Below are positions 1-11,077 of a DNA stretch of 64,000 nt, piece after piece. Position 1 is the stretch's first letter, and every line of letters begins with the position of its first letter. A program made the translations under genes and the position numbers. Origin of the DNA: Podospora anserina (lineage: Eukaryota); NCBI GenBank assembly GCA_017654855.1, contig CM030336.1, positions 3,224,001 to 3,288,000 of the forward strand. Direction: 5' to 3'. The notes under the pieces are model-generated. The model was not told where the DNA came from and did not search any database. It saw only the letters and a list, made by a program, of their open reading frames with translations.

Positions 1-255
1 TTTGTGCCCAGGACAAAGGATGCGCCGGAGGGTGATGGTTGGGTGCTGGGGATGATTCAGAGGATGGATGTCAACAGGAGTGATTTGGTGGTGTTGGATA
101 CAAGGGACTTTGGGAACCCGGTGGCGGTGGTTCAGTTGCCCTTTAGGATAAAGGGGCAGATTCATGGCAACTGGGTTGATGCGTTGCCGGGAGAGAAGAG
201 CATGACAAGAATCCTGGAACCGGTTGAGAAGATTATGGGGAAGGGAGCTTTGTAG
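1..255 (+). CDS. C-terminus of carotenoid oxygenase / lignostilbene dioxygenase (RPE65 family), 5' truncated by the window
   Basis: FVPRTKDAPEGDGWVLG...DLVVLDT...VAVVQLPFRIKGQIHGNWV matches the family C-terminal pattern (EGDG.., LP.R+..G+HG.W with Fe-ligand His); stop TAG at 253-255. Confidence 0.85.
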   Translation, partial: FVPRTKDAPEGDGWVLGMIQRMDVNRSDLVVLDTRDFGNPVAVVQLPFRIKGQIHGNWVDALPGEKSMTRILEPVEKIMGKGAL

Positions 256-332
256 AATCAGTAACGGTAGATATCGAGTTACGTAGGTACCGTGCGGTAT
301 CATGTCTTTGACTTGTATCGGCCAGGTGTCGA

Positions 333-2294
333 TCACTGCCTCGGAACATAGCTCAGCCCTCCAGGTTCTCTTGGTGTGAACACGGCGTTGAACGCCCCAG
401 CCTTCAAGATCAAATTGTCCTTCGACTCCAAGTAGATCCTCTTTCCGTCCTCACCTGGCGCAGAGTTCCAGGTGTAGCTATAGACGGTGTAGGCCAACAC
501 AAGTCGAACAACGGCCATGCCCATTCTCTTTCCAACACAATTGTTTGGTCCAACCAACCACGGAATGAACGCCTCACGGTCCTTTACAAACTTTGCTTGA
601 TCCAACCATCTCTCCGGTTTGAACTCTTCGGGCGCCAGGTAAAACTCTTCGCTTCGATGAAGCGCGTATCCCGGCACTCGAACAGCTACACCCCCTGGAA
701 TGTGAATGCCGTCCACAGTGATCCCCTTAGGTGGGGTAAGTCTCGGTCCGTTATTGGCCACGGGGTTGTCTAGCCTCATCGTCTGCAGCGCTTGTGTTAG
801 TGCAAAGGTAACAGAGGGACCAGCCGGTCACCAGCAAGCCAGACGGGACTGTATGGACACACCTCATTAATAAGCGCATCCAGAAGCGGGATCTTGGAGA
901 GGTCTCGGTCTGTGAATTCCTCTGGGATAGTCTCGCCGTAGACCTTCTTGATGTGGGAATGAAGGAGATCCTGATAGACTCGATGGCGGGCGAGGTGGTA
1001 GAAGAGATATGAAAGCACCACGCCGATGGTGTCACTGAGCAGAGGTTAGTTGACTGGAAAGAAAGGTATGAGGCTGAAAGAAACTTACGTAGCCCCAATC
1101 AAGACCAAAGCCGAGTCTGAATAAAAGATATTCTTGTTGAAAAAGGCAATCGGCTTCTCTGATCTCATGTCATCCAAAAAGTGCTGCAGGATGTCCCCCT
1201 TGTTGCTGTCTTCTTCCTGTTGTCACGCACTTTTGTCAGTAACCCCGGTCGAAGATCAATCACTGCCAAGAAAAACTCACCGCAGCCCTCCGATCAGCCA
1301 TCTCCATTGTCAACCGATCAAACTCCGCCGACTCCTTTCCCAAGTTCAGATCCTTAGCAATGCTCAACGGCCAGCAAAGCTCCCCCGTTCGTCCAAACTG
1401 CCCAAACAAGCTCTCCAGCAAATGCAGCATCCTGTTCTCCTCCCCAGCCTCAATACTCCTAAACTCATAGCTGAACCCAACCTTGCCCATGTGATCAAAC
1501 GGGATCAGCAGCGAGAACAACGAAGTGTTGATCGGTTGACCGTTCAAGCTCGCAATCTTGTTCAGCCATCGATGACAGATTTCTCGTGTTTTGGGCTCGT
1601 GGATCGCGAGGGCTATTTCATGTCAGTTCCACATCCTGCCACCAACACCGAGAGACTTACCCTTGGTGGTAAACGCCCTCTCCCAAATCTTCCTTCTCGG
1701 CCCATGCTCCTCCCTGCTAAGCACAGAGTTGAGATTATGCGCCCCCTTGAAGTGAATCACATCGTATATGCCCGCGTTCAACTTGCGGCATCTGCTGTCT
1801 CTGGCATGAATCTTTTGTATCCCCTCTACACTCAACATAAATACCTCGTTGGGTGCGATGCGCACAAAGTTGCCATATTTTTTGAAGAGTTTTGTTTGCT
1901 CGAGGTGCATTTGACCATTGCGCGCGGTGTATGGACCGTATAGCTTTGTTATTTTTGCGAGAAACGGGCCTGGTATGTGTCGGAGGGGGTGGAAGAAGAG
2001 CCGGTAGGTGATTATGCTCGTGAATAGGGTGGTCAGGTACGAGAGGGCAATGGCTGTGGAGGTGATCAGACCGGGGAAAACGCCGAGCTGAGTGATTGAG
2101 TAGGCTGTTAGGCATAGGAAGGTGGTGAAGTGGACGAGAAAAATGCGCAGTGCCGAGGTATCGTGAAAGCCGCGGATGAAGTAGAGGGTGTGGGAGAGAA
2201 AGCCAGTGGCAGAGGCCAGTAGGCAAGGGATGACAAGGTCGAGCTTGTCAGGTGTTGGGAAGAGGGGTCGTTGAACGAGGTGATCCATGATCAT
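333..2294 (-). CDS. Cytochrome P450, 5 exons
   Basis: Membrane anchor, then FFHPLRHIPGP; I-helix GATDT formed across a splice; ExxR (E|TMR); PERW; heme motif WLVGPNNCVG. GT-AG introns at about 1613-1660, 1217-1280, 1035-1088 and 783-862, with CTRAC branch sites. Confidence 0.9.
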
Positions 2295-4084
2295 GGCTGT
2301 TTGTGGAGAGGAGAACAGGTTTGAAGACTCAGGTAGAACATGGCAGTGAGGCATGTGTGTGTGACCGCGGACTCATATGTGTTTTCGAAAGCCATCACGC
2401 TGGAACGGAGCGGCGTTTGGCACGCTCGGCTTTACTGTGTCATCCCCGATGATCGATCTTGCAGATTGGAAATACGGGTTCCACCTGCATGTTGCTGAGG
2501 TGAGCGTTGCGTCCGGCGAGCTTGGTTCTGTTGTCAGCAAGTGCGTGATTGGCCACGTTCTGTTGATGGATGTCATCTCGAAGGTGATGTGGCATCGAAC
2601 TGTGGGGGGTGGACAGCAAGGCCTTGTTATCTTGGCAGATCAACACATCAACTCTGGCAGTTTCATGCAGGTTCGGATAGATGAAGAAGCCACACCTCTT
2701 CAACAATCAGCATGTAATAACCCCAAAGATAGTTTGGTTCAAAGGTGCTGCATCTGGTTCATTGGGCTCGGATCTGTCAAAGCTAACCTCAGGTCTAACC
2801 GGCGAAAGACTGTGGACTCGTCCTCGAGATCAACTAGAAAGTTTGGTTGGAATCACAGTAGCAGTATAATATCTTGGATAGACCTATTTGCAGAACAGAT
2901 CTCCTTACAAGCCTGTCAGCAAAGAACCATGTGAATGGTGGTTCAAGGGACCTTACTCCCCACTGTGCCAAGTCTCTTGCTAACAACATGGGCAAGTCAT
3001 ACAGCTTGTAAACTTGGACAGAGCTCTGCTGGTAAGTGTGCCGGTGACTTGGTGCGTTCCAAATTTTATGCATAGAGATTAAGTGCTGATGCTGCAGTGG
3101 GTCATCCGTATGAGCATTTCTCAGCCATCACAGATTCCTCAATTCGTTGAGGCTCTATATTTCAACCTGCTTGTACGACTGTGACACCGCATGCCACCAA
3201 GTGAGAGGTCAGTCACTCCATGCTTCTCCTTTCATGTTGCAAAAAGGAAAGGTGATGTCAACTCTCGACCATGAGACAGGATAGAGGCAAATACGAGGCC
3301 TCGGTGCTGAGCCTGGGAACGCATTGGCGTTTGGGAGTAAGACACACAATATGTAGGTAATCTGTGCCTGATGTGGTACCCCTTCTACCCGTGAAGTTGA
3401 TCCCCAGGACTCATCGGTTCAAACCTTTGCAAATCCCACAATACCTAACACGTGCTTCCGCCCAAGAGAAAAAAATGAGCAGGTGGCTAGTGTGTTGGGT
3501 TTCATTGCTGGGGATGGGAGGGAGTTGCCTCGCTCTTGACCCCACCTTCCCGACCTTGATGCCAGCGGCTCAACTGCCGGTTAAGAACGGGGAAGCATGG
3601 ACTGCAGGCTGGGCATGCAGCTAGATGCCAATATCATGATATGTATGTAACACAACGACTGGACTGCATGCACAAACTGCAACCATTCCCTCATTCCATG
3701 TCACACCGGCTTCGCCAATGAATGATTAGCGCTATATCGACTAGCAATCTTCACCTATTATATGCCGTTGTAGACGCCGTAGGTTCTGTTGTACGAGCGT
3801 CGCGAGCTCCAGAAGTGGGGGCCTGCATGAAACTATATGCTTCATACTTCTGGGTCGCCATCCCGTCCATTGAGATATCACCCACCGTGTAACATGTAAA
3901 TCATGTCGATGAGGATACCTATGCGGCTTCGCCATCTCCGGACCCTTCTGCTTTGATCCAAACAGCAGTTCTCGCCCCGCAGTATGAACATAAGGGTACA
4001 AGAAGCTGACATTCACGCCTGGATTTTACTCGCAGACGGAGCAACTCCATCCAAGGTCTCACACCACCGCGGATTGCAAACGCA

Positions 4085-5941
4085 ATGGACTTCCTTATCG
4101 ACGCAGAGCTGAGCAACAGTACCATCCTCGGACTAGCGGCAGCATCCTTTGTGATCTGGTATGTTGTGACGGCTTTCACAGCTTGGTATCGTCTCCGCCA
4201 CCTTCCAGGGCCCACGCTGGCCAAGTTCTCCTTCTTGTGGCAAGCCCATACTATCGTAACACAACAGGTGTCCTCGCGCTATATCAACCTCCGAGAATAT
4301 GGTCCTCTCGTGGTCGTAGCGCCCGGCACGGTTGTCACTAATGATCCGGATGTTCTCCGCAAGATTTCGGCGGCCAGATCGACATATAAGCGTTCTGTCT
4401 GGTACGCCGGCGCCAAGTTCACACACGACACTGACAGTATGGGAACCCAAGTGGACACTGCTGCTCACGACATACTCAAGGCAAAGACAGCAGGGCCCTA
4501 CGCTGGCCGTGAAACTGAAGGTGGCCTAGAGAGGGCTGTTGATGCTCAGCTTGTCCGCCTGGTCGACCTCATCCGCCGGAAATATCTCTCCACTCCCGAC
4601 GAGCTTCGCTCCATTGACTTTGCCAAGCTGTCAAGATGCTTCACCATGGATGTCATCTCGGGTTTGGTATTCGGAAAGCCGTGGGGTCATCTTGATGAGG
4701 TGAGAAATGATTTTGAACGGGGCTTGAGGTTTCCAAGTTCTGTTGCCCCTCAGAGACCTGACTTACCTAACCATGATTTCACCAGGGCGAGGACGTTCTA
4801 GGGTGGATAGGGACTATGGACAAGCTTCTGCCTATGATGTCAGTGGGGCTTGAACTCCCTGCCCTTCGGGACATTATGATACCAAAGTACGGACTTTTGC
4901 GCTGGTTCGGACCAAAGACCAGTGACAAATCTGGGTTGGGGGTCGTTATGAAGTAGGTCATCTCGTCTCATGTCCAAGCATCACCCCCACCGGGATGAAT
5001 CCATCGGGTCTAACATTGCCGCTACCGAAATAGACATGTCAATGAAACCATTCGAGAGCGGTTTCAAACCAAGGACAAGCCCACCAAAGACATGATGGTG
5101 AGTAGCAGCTACCCACTGTCATGGATGTATCTAATGTATCTCTGCAGGGCGGGTTCATTCGCAACGGCATGACCAGAAGCGAATGCGAAGGAGAGGCCAT
5201 CCTTGCTGTCCTTGCAGGTAATGATACAACGGCAGTAGGTCCAACTCCCATGTGCTTGAAAGTGTATTGCGCTGACGAGATCTAGAGCACGATTCGGTCG
5301 TCCATGCTCTATCTCATGGCCACGCCGCATGCCTATGCCCGGTTCAAAAAGGAGATCAAAGAGGCCGTCGAACAGGGCAAGGTCTCGAGTCCGATCACCA
5401 ACGAGGAGGCCCAGAAGTTGCCTTACACGCAGGCCGTCATGTATGAAACCTTCCGCATTGGTAACGCCGTCACATTCGGCCATTACAAAGTAGTTCCAAG
5501 GGGAGGCGATACGCTTGCTGGCTACTACTTGCCTGGTGGGACAAATATTGGCCACAACACTTTGGGGTTGACGCACAACAAGAAACTCTTTGGAGAGGAT
5601 GCTGATATATTTCGGCCGGAGCGATTCCTCGACTGCCGGGCGGATCAGAAGACAGGAATGATGCGAGCATTGGAGATAATTTGGGGTGGTGGCCGATGGA
5701 CATGTGCGGGTAAAAATGTGGCCTTGATTGAGTTGAACAAGACCGCTTTTGAGGTAAGACTTTCTGAGGCAATCAAGACGTACATGTTTGAGAGATTGCT
5801 GACAAAGGTCGATAGTTGATGAGACACTTTGACTTTCAGGTTGTGAATGTCCACAACCCAGTCAAAGAAAGGGCCTACATTTCAAAACTACATGACGACA
5901 TGTTTGTCAGGATTTCCGAGGCGGATTGGAGCTATATTTGA
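4085..5941 (+). CDS. Cytochrome P450 (pisatin-demethylase-like), multi-exon
   Basis: WYRLRHLPGP, I-helix AGNDTT, ETFR, FRPERF, heme motif WGGGRWTCAG. Introns at about 4700-4785, 4953-5033, 5098-5147, 5234-5285 and 5754-5815; TGA at 5939-5941. Confidence 0.9.
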
Positions 5942-6354
5942 ACGTGATTGCAGGGATTTTCAGGGAGGCAACCTTTGAGTAACAAAGTGAAATGAGATGC
6001 TTTTTTGAGTCGAAGTACATGTCCCAGTGAAGTGGAAGGTTGTATGATGTCGCTGGAGCCTATGATGATGTCGCCGAGCCTATGAGTGCAGGGCGAGCCT
6101 GGATCGTCCAACTGCCTGGACCCGCCAAGTCGGCGTCGACAGCAAAGCTCTTGCGGTGCCTGTCCCAGCCATCAGCCATCTGTCACTCAGCCCACAACAC
6201 ACTCTCCATTGCGACAACAACCCAACTTTCGGGTATCAGAGCATCGAAACTAGCACCAGATTTCAGGCATGCATTTCTTGTCTTTTATTTGTTCAAATAT
6301 AAGAATCCCAGCTAACTCACCTACTCAAAGAACCGGCACCCAGCAAGATTCCCA

Positions 6355-6682
6355 ATGTTCCGCCGGATTCGCAACCGCCTTTTGCGCCGCCCAGCTATCG
6401 AGCCGGAGCCACCTTTGCTTGATGATGAAGAACCTGGTACGTCTACATGATCCGTTCAGACTTTTTCTTTAAACATGAGCTAACCGGTTAATGTCAGCAT
6501 GGGCGTTTATCAGAAACATGATTCGTCAACGCGTTATAATCATTGCCATGCGTCTGGGCTGCGACATGAACAATGTTCTCAACCTCGTTGCTGCTATGCA
6601 GATCGCGGACATATTCTTCGACATTGTTCGCCTCAGGGCAAACCAGCTGGGATATGAAAGACCTCTTTGGGTACCTATTTAG
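6355..6682 (+). CDS. Small two-exon hypothetical protein (about 88 aa)
   Basis: ATG 6355 (MFRRIRNRLLRRPAIEPEPPLLDDEEP); intron 6437-6497 (GTACGT...GCTAAC...CAG) joins in frame to AWAFIRNMIRQ...PLWVPI*; TATA-like TATAAG at about 6298. Confidence 0.55.
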
Positions 6683-7239
6683 ATGGAGGAGTGATCATGA
6701 ATATCAGGGAAGTGAGAGGGAAGACTTCGGTGATAGTTAAGGTCAACCAGAACAATGAGGCCACGTATCGTGAGATTTGACAGGAAATATATGCTAGCCT
6801 TTCCCGTGCTTAGTCAGGGCCTTCTTTTGACCTTCTACTTCATTCACCCCTGACGTCTGTGGGCTGTCCCCTTTCTGTCCCCCCTTTGTTAACCGCAGCT
6901 TCCATGATTATAACTGTTTCGAGATGTTCCAAAGTGTGAAGCGGCCATTCCATGCATCAAGATCATCGACTAGAGCAACCTCACATAAAGTAATTCTCAA
7001 TGCGTAGCTACCCCTCCTCATTTTCACGGAGCTAAGTGCGTCGGATTCTGGATGCCCTACTGTTGTTGCTTCTGACCCAGATTAGATCGATCATGCTACA
7101 CGCGTGTTGGATCCCAAAGACGACACTATTCCTCAGTGTCGAATCTTGGTCTTGGGCTTCACCTAAGGAACCAGTCTTGAACTGCCTCTTCTCCCTTACC
7201 ATAAAATAATTGAGACACTACCTGGTAAAGTAGGTTAAC

Positions 7240-7365
7240 ATGCCTTGAAGGGTAGTCCATAGGCCTTTAAAAATAGTCTATAGGCCTTCAAAGATAGTCA
7301 GCAGGCCTTCAAACACAGTTAAGAGGCCTTCGGAAATATTTAAAAGGCCTATTGCCTATCTTTCA
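7240..7365 (+). repeat. Degenerate 21-bp tandem repeat (about 6 units), TpA-rich
   Basis: AGGCCT recurs at 7261, 7282, 7303, 7324 and 7345, and ATGCCT at 7240, giving an exact 21-nt period. Confidence 0.85.
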
Positions 7366-7850
7366 AAGTAGAGTTTACGATATAATATGGGTTAACTTAC
7401 TTTTATGTATCCACTATTTTGTGGTGAGGGAGCTCTTCTATAAAACTGCACATTGTTTCAGCTGACTTTTGTGTTTCTTATTTACATGGGGCTGAGAGCT
7501 GATTCGGTAGGCCAGCGAGTAAAAGCTGAACAATGGATGCATCAAGGAACCAATCACTAACTGCAGTCTGGATACGTACAATCATTGGCTGCCTAACCAA
7601 TTATCAACTCCAAATGTTTCTCTTATCCTTGAGGCACTCCTAGCTATCATTTCCTGTTATGTGGATGATAACCAGCCATCAACCATTATCCATATCTGCT
7701 CCGTCATAGGGTAAGTATCAGAAAGAACACTGTGCAAGAATCCCAAAGCAATTTCCGGGACAGTTCTTGCCCACAATCAGGTTGTTGCTCAAGCACAAAT
7801 ACTATCAAAAACCACAACATCGCTCATTGAGCGGCAGTCTCTGTTGGGCT

Positions 7851-8900
7851 ATGGAAGTCCTCAAATTCCAGGCACTCGTCTTCGACAAGCTCAACGAAGA
7901 AGACCTCTACAGCGGCATCAGCCTAGGCTCCACCCCCCTCCTCCTCAAACTCCTCAAACTCCCCCTCTCCAACCCCTCCCAAGTCGCCGTCCTCTCCTGG
8001 CGCTGGGATGGCGACCTCGCCACCCGCGGCTCCAAAAACATCGCCCGAGTCATCCAATCAGCCAAAAGACTAAACATCCAATACCTCTTCCTCGACATCA
8101 TCTCCATCGACCAAACCCTCTCCAGAGAAGCCCTCATCCAACAAGTGGTCTCCTTCTCCTCCCTCTACAAAACCATCCTAGTGATTGCTGTCTACCGAGG
8201 CCAGGGCGCTTTTATACACGTTAATATCTACCGCCCTTGGATCTTGCATGAGATACAACTGTGCAGGTATAATCCTACTAGGATTATTCCTTGACATGGC
8301 TGTTGGGGGCCGGGTGCCATGGGAGCAGGACGAGCTTGAGGCTCGGTTTGGGGGTCTGTGGTCGAAGGGGTTTTTGAAGTCAATTATTGGAGTGCTGTGC
8401 AAGAAGATTGGGATGACGTGCGTGGCAGATTTTAGGTATATCTTACCGCGGTACTCACCACCCTTGATCAGGGCGTATGAGAAGTTCAGTCAGAATGATT
8501 ATCTGCTTACAGTTGCACTTCTTTGCGATCTGGAGGTATCCTTACGGGATGAGCTGTTTTGGAATGCTGGAGCCGTGGGTTATGACCGTTATAGGTTTGA
8601 GGAGGTTATCGAGGAAAGTTTGGACCCTAAGTGGGACCGCGAATGCACATACTACGGGATTTTTCTGGATGGAACTCAGGTTGGGGTTTGTAAGAGGGTT
8701 GTGAAACAGGCCAAGGTTTCGAGTCAGAACCCTCTTTGGTAGTACGTGTATGTGCTCCTTGTTGAGCTAAACGTGGGCCGTGTTATTTTTGAGGCGCTTG
8801 GGTTCGGGGGTTTGGAGTGGGAAGAAACTCGGACGAAACTAAAGGGTTGTTCTTGGAGGGATGGAGGGGATGTTGTGTATAGAGAGAGGAGAGAAAGAGA
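7851..8900 (+). pseudogene. Divergent HET-domain-like gene, frameshifted
   Basis: HET-like motifs AVLSWRW, YLFLDIISIDQ, QQV..FSSLY and RPWILHE. Frame change near 8290, then an in-frame TAG at 8740-8742 with coding-like sequence continuing; 3' end uncertain. Confidence 0.55.
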
Positions 8901-9285
8901 GAGAAAACGAGCTGTGTTTGTACTTCTTTGTAGTGTGTATCATTGTTTGTTTCCTCTACCTAGCTCGACAGCTACTCGCAACTTGTGGGCGAGACCGACA
9001 GCCGCATCTGTGACCCTGGCATAGATACCGCCGTCCTCCTCCATTCTCCAAATGAGTACCAGGGAAATATGCCCGAGGAAACCAGCCTCAAATCCCCAAT
9101 CAGATATATAAACGAAGGGATTTGTGCTTGTGTAATGTGCTCCGACGTATGTCTGTCAAAATGTATGACAGTACAAACGAAGGTGCAATGTGTTAGGTAC
9201 GTCGTAACCCTCCAAACGACTGTGGTATCAAATATTCAACCTCAACCCCCCCTTCCTCCGTCATCTAATTCCTCCTCGCCGTCCG

Positions 9286-9618
9286 CTAATTTACCCCCTC
9301 GCCCTCCCTCTTAACAACCTCATCATCAACAACAGCCTCCTCCACCATATTCTCCCGATTTAAATACCTCGTCTCCCTGTAACTCGAAGACACAGAAGAG
9401 GTAGTCGTGCTGACGCTGTCTGAGCGCCGAGAGAGGTGGTGTCTTGACAATGGCAGGGTGGATTCACTCCGGCCCCTAACAGAAGAGACGCGGATGGGGA
9501 TGGTGACATAGCTGGCTGTGCTGCCGGGTGTTGTTGTTGGGACGGCGGCGGCGGAGCTGACGTCGATTTCTAGGGTGCGGTTGCTGCTGCGGCGGTGACT
9601 CAGGGCGCGTTGAACCAT
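9286..9618 (-). CDS. Small Ser/Thr/Arg-rich hypothetical protein
   Basis: ATG in good context (GTCAAGATGG) after a CA-rich leader; TTTATA at about 9690; C-rich to G-rich gradient like neighbouring real genes. Confidence 0.45.
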   Translation of the reverse strand: MVQRALSHRRSSNRTLEIDVSSAAAVPTTTPGSTASYVTIPIRVSSVRGRSESTLPLSRHHLSRRSDSVSTTTSSVSSSYRETRYLNRENMVEEAVVDDEVVKREGEGVN

Positions 9619-11077
9619 CTTGACTGAGGTGTGTGACAAATTGGGTGTGGTGGGTTGGTAGGTGTGCTTTTATGAGACGTAGGAGGGAGTATAAAGTAGT
9701 GTTCAAGATGGCTCAGGTCCAAGTCGAAGAAGAGTCTTTAGTTATCACTGTTGCTGATTCTGGAAATGTGAGAAAAGTGTGGGCCACCCGCGGGTAGAAG
9801 TAGGATTGCGGCGAGCAGCAATGACAAGGTGTTTCTCCACGTTCAGGAATGCGTGGAACCTCGGACTCTTGTTTGCCAGTGGCCACCTCTTCCAGGTCGA
9901 CCTCCACTGCAGGATCGCCAGCCGACGACATGGTTTGATCTTCGACAGTGGCCTCTACCTTCGACCCGCTCTTATTCTTGCGGAATTAATGTGGGCGGGA
10001 TGGAACTCTGAGGAATGCTCCCGCTGCGCCGTGCCGCGGGTGTGCCGTTTCGCTTTGCGCAGCTACCAGGTAGCTGGGTCTCGAGTGCCGGGGCCGGGCC
10101 AGGGTGAAACAGTTCTGACGGGGTTCGAGAGGGCCGGAATGCTGCTGCATGATCTCGCTTGTTTGTGCACTTGGGAGTCGAATATCGTAAAGACCGAATA
10201 TCATGCCCCAAAAACGAGGAGGCAGTTTGTCTACGATACGGCGATGATCAAGTGAAAGGAATGAATCGAGATGGTTCTGGCGAAGCAGACTCATTACTTC
10301 GACTTGGGACGAACGTGTTGTTATAGAGGCTCCAGTGAGGCACTGTCAAGAACGTGGTCCTGCTGGTGGCGGCCATGGCTTTGACCCATTTTGCCACCAC
10401 CAACCCAGCTACTTAGTCATTCCCTGTCTTTCACTATGCCACCATGGTGAATCATGAAGTCTTCGGCACGTGCGTTGTTGCGATCGAGAAGAGTTCTAGA
10501 CCTTTCCACTTGAGCCCCTGATTTTTGGTGACGGCTCTTGAATTGTCAAGTTGGACATTTGTTGTTAAGAACTTCGAAACAAAGCAACCCAATATCAACA
10601 GTCGCCATCAGAAGGCTCAGCCCCCACGCTCACCCCCACGATCCAAAATCGCGACAGTGGTTGTCAAGATGACAAGTTGTGCGACAAGCCAAGTTCATCC
10701 ACCCCAGGCCAGGCTGGCCCCCTATCAGCCTTACACCTCCACGATCTACTGCCGTGAGAAACACTTGATCTCCTTCATGCAGAAACTCCAGATCGACATT
10801 GCAGAGGAGACACGTGCCGATTTGTGTTATCGACCAAAACAAGAATAGAGGTGGCAAAATGTTGTAATGCTTGCTGAGAAACAAAAGTCAAGATCGACTG
10901 TGATGTGATATGCCTGTCATAGTAATACAGCGTGTTATACAGTTGCTATTCCCATCCAAATGCGCCACAAGTCTCCATGTAGAATGCCCGTCCATTATGC
11001 TCCCATCCATTATGCTCCATACAGATACGAATCCCGCGTCCAGTTTTATACACGCCCCAATGAATATGATGTCGAAA

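Noticed and set aside
7240..7365. 21-bp repeat as a CRISPR array or a Spok meiotic-drive coiled-coil repeat
   Set aside because: Eukaryotic DNA with no unique spacers; the repeat peptide does not resemble the Glu/Ala/Lys/Arg-rich Spok repeat and no kinase or nuclease domain follows
9713..10850. ORFs of 60-158 aa between the small gene and MTF2
   Set aside because: No recognisable motifs or codon bias
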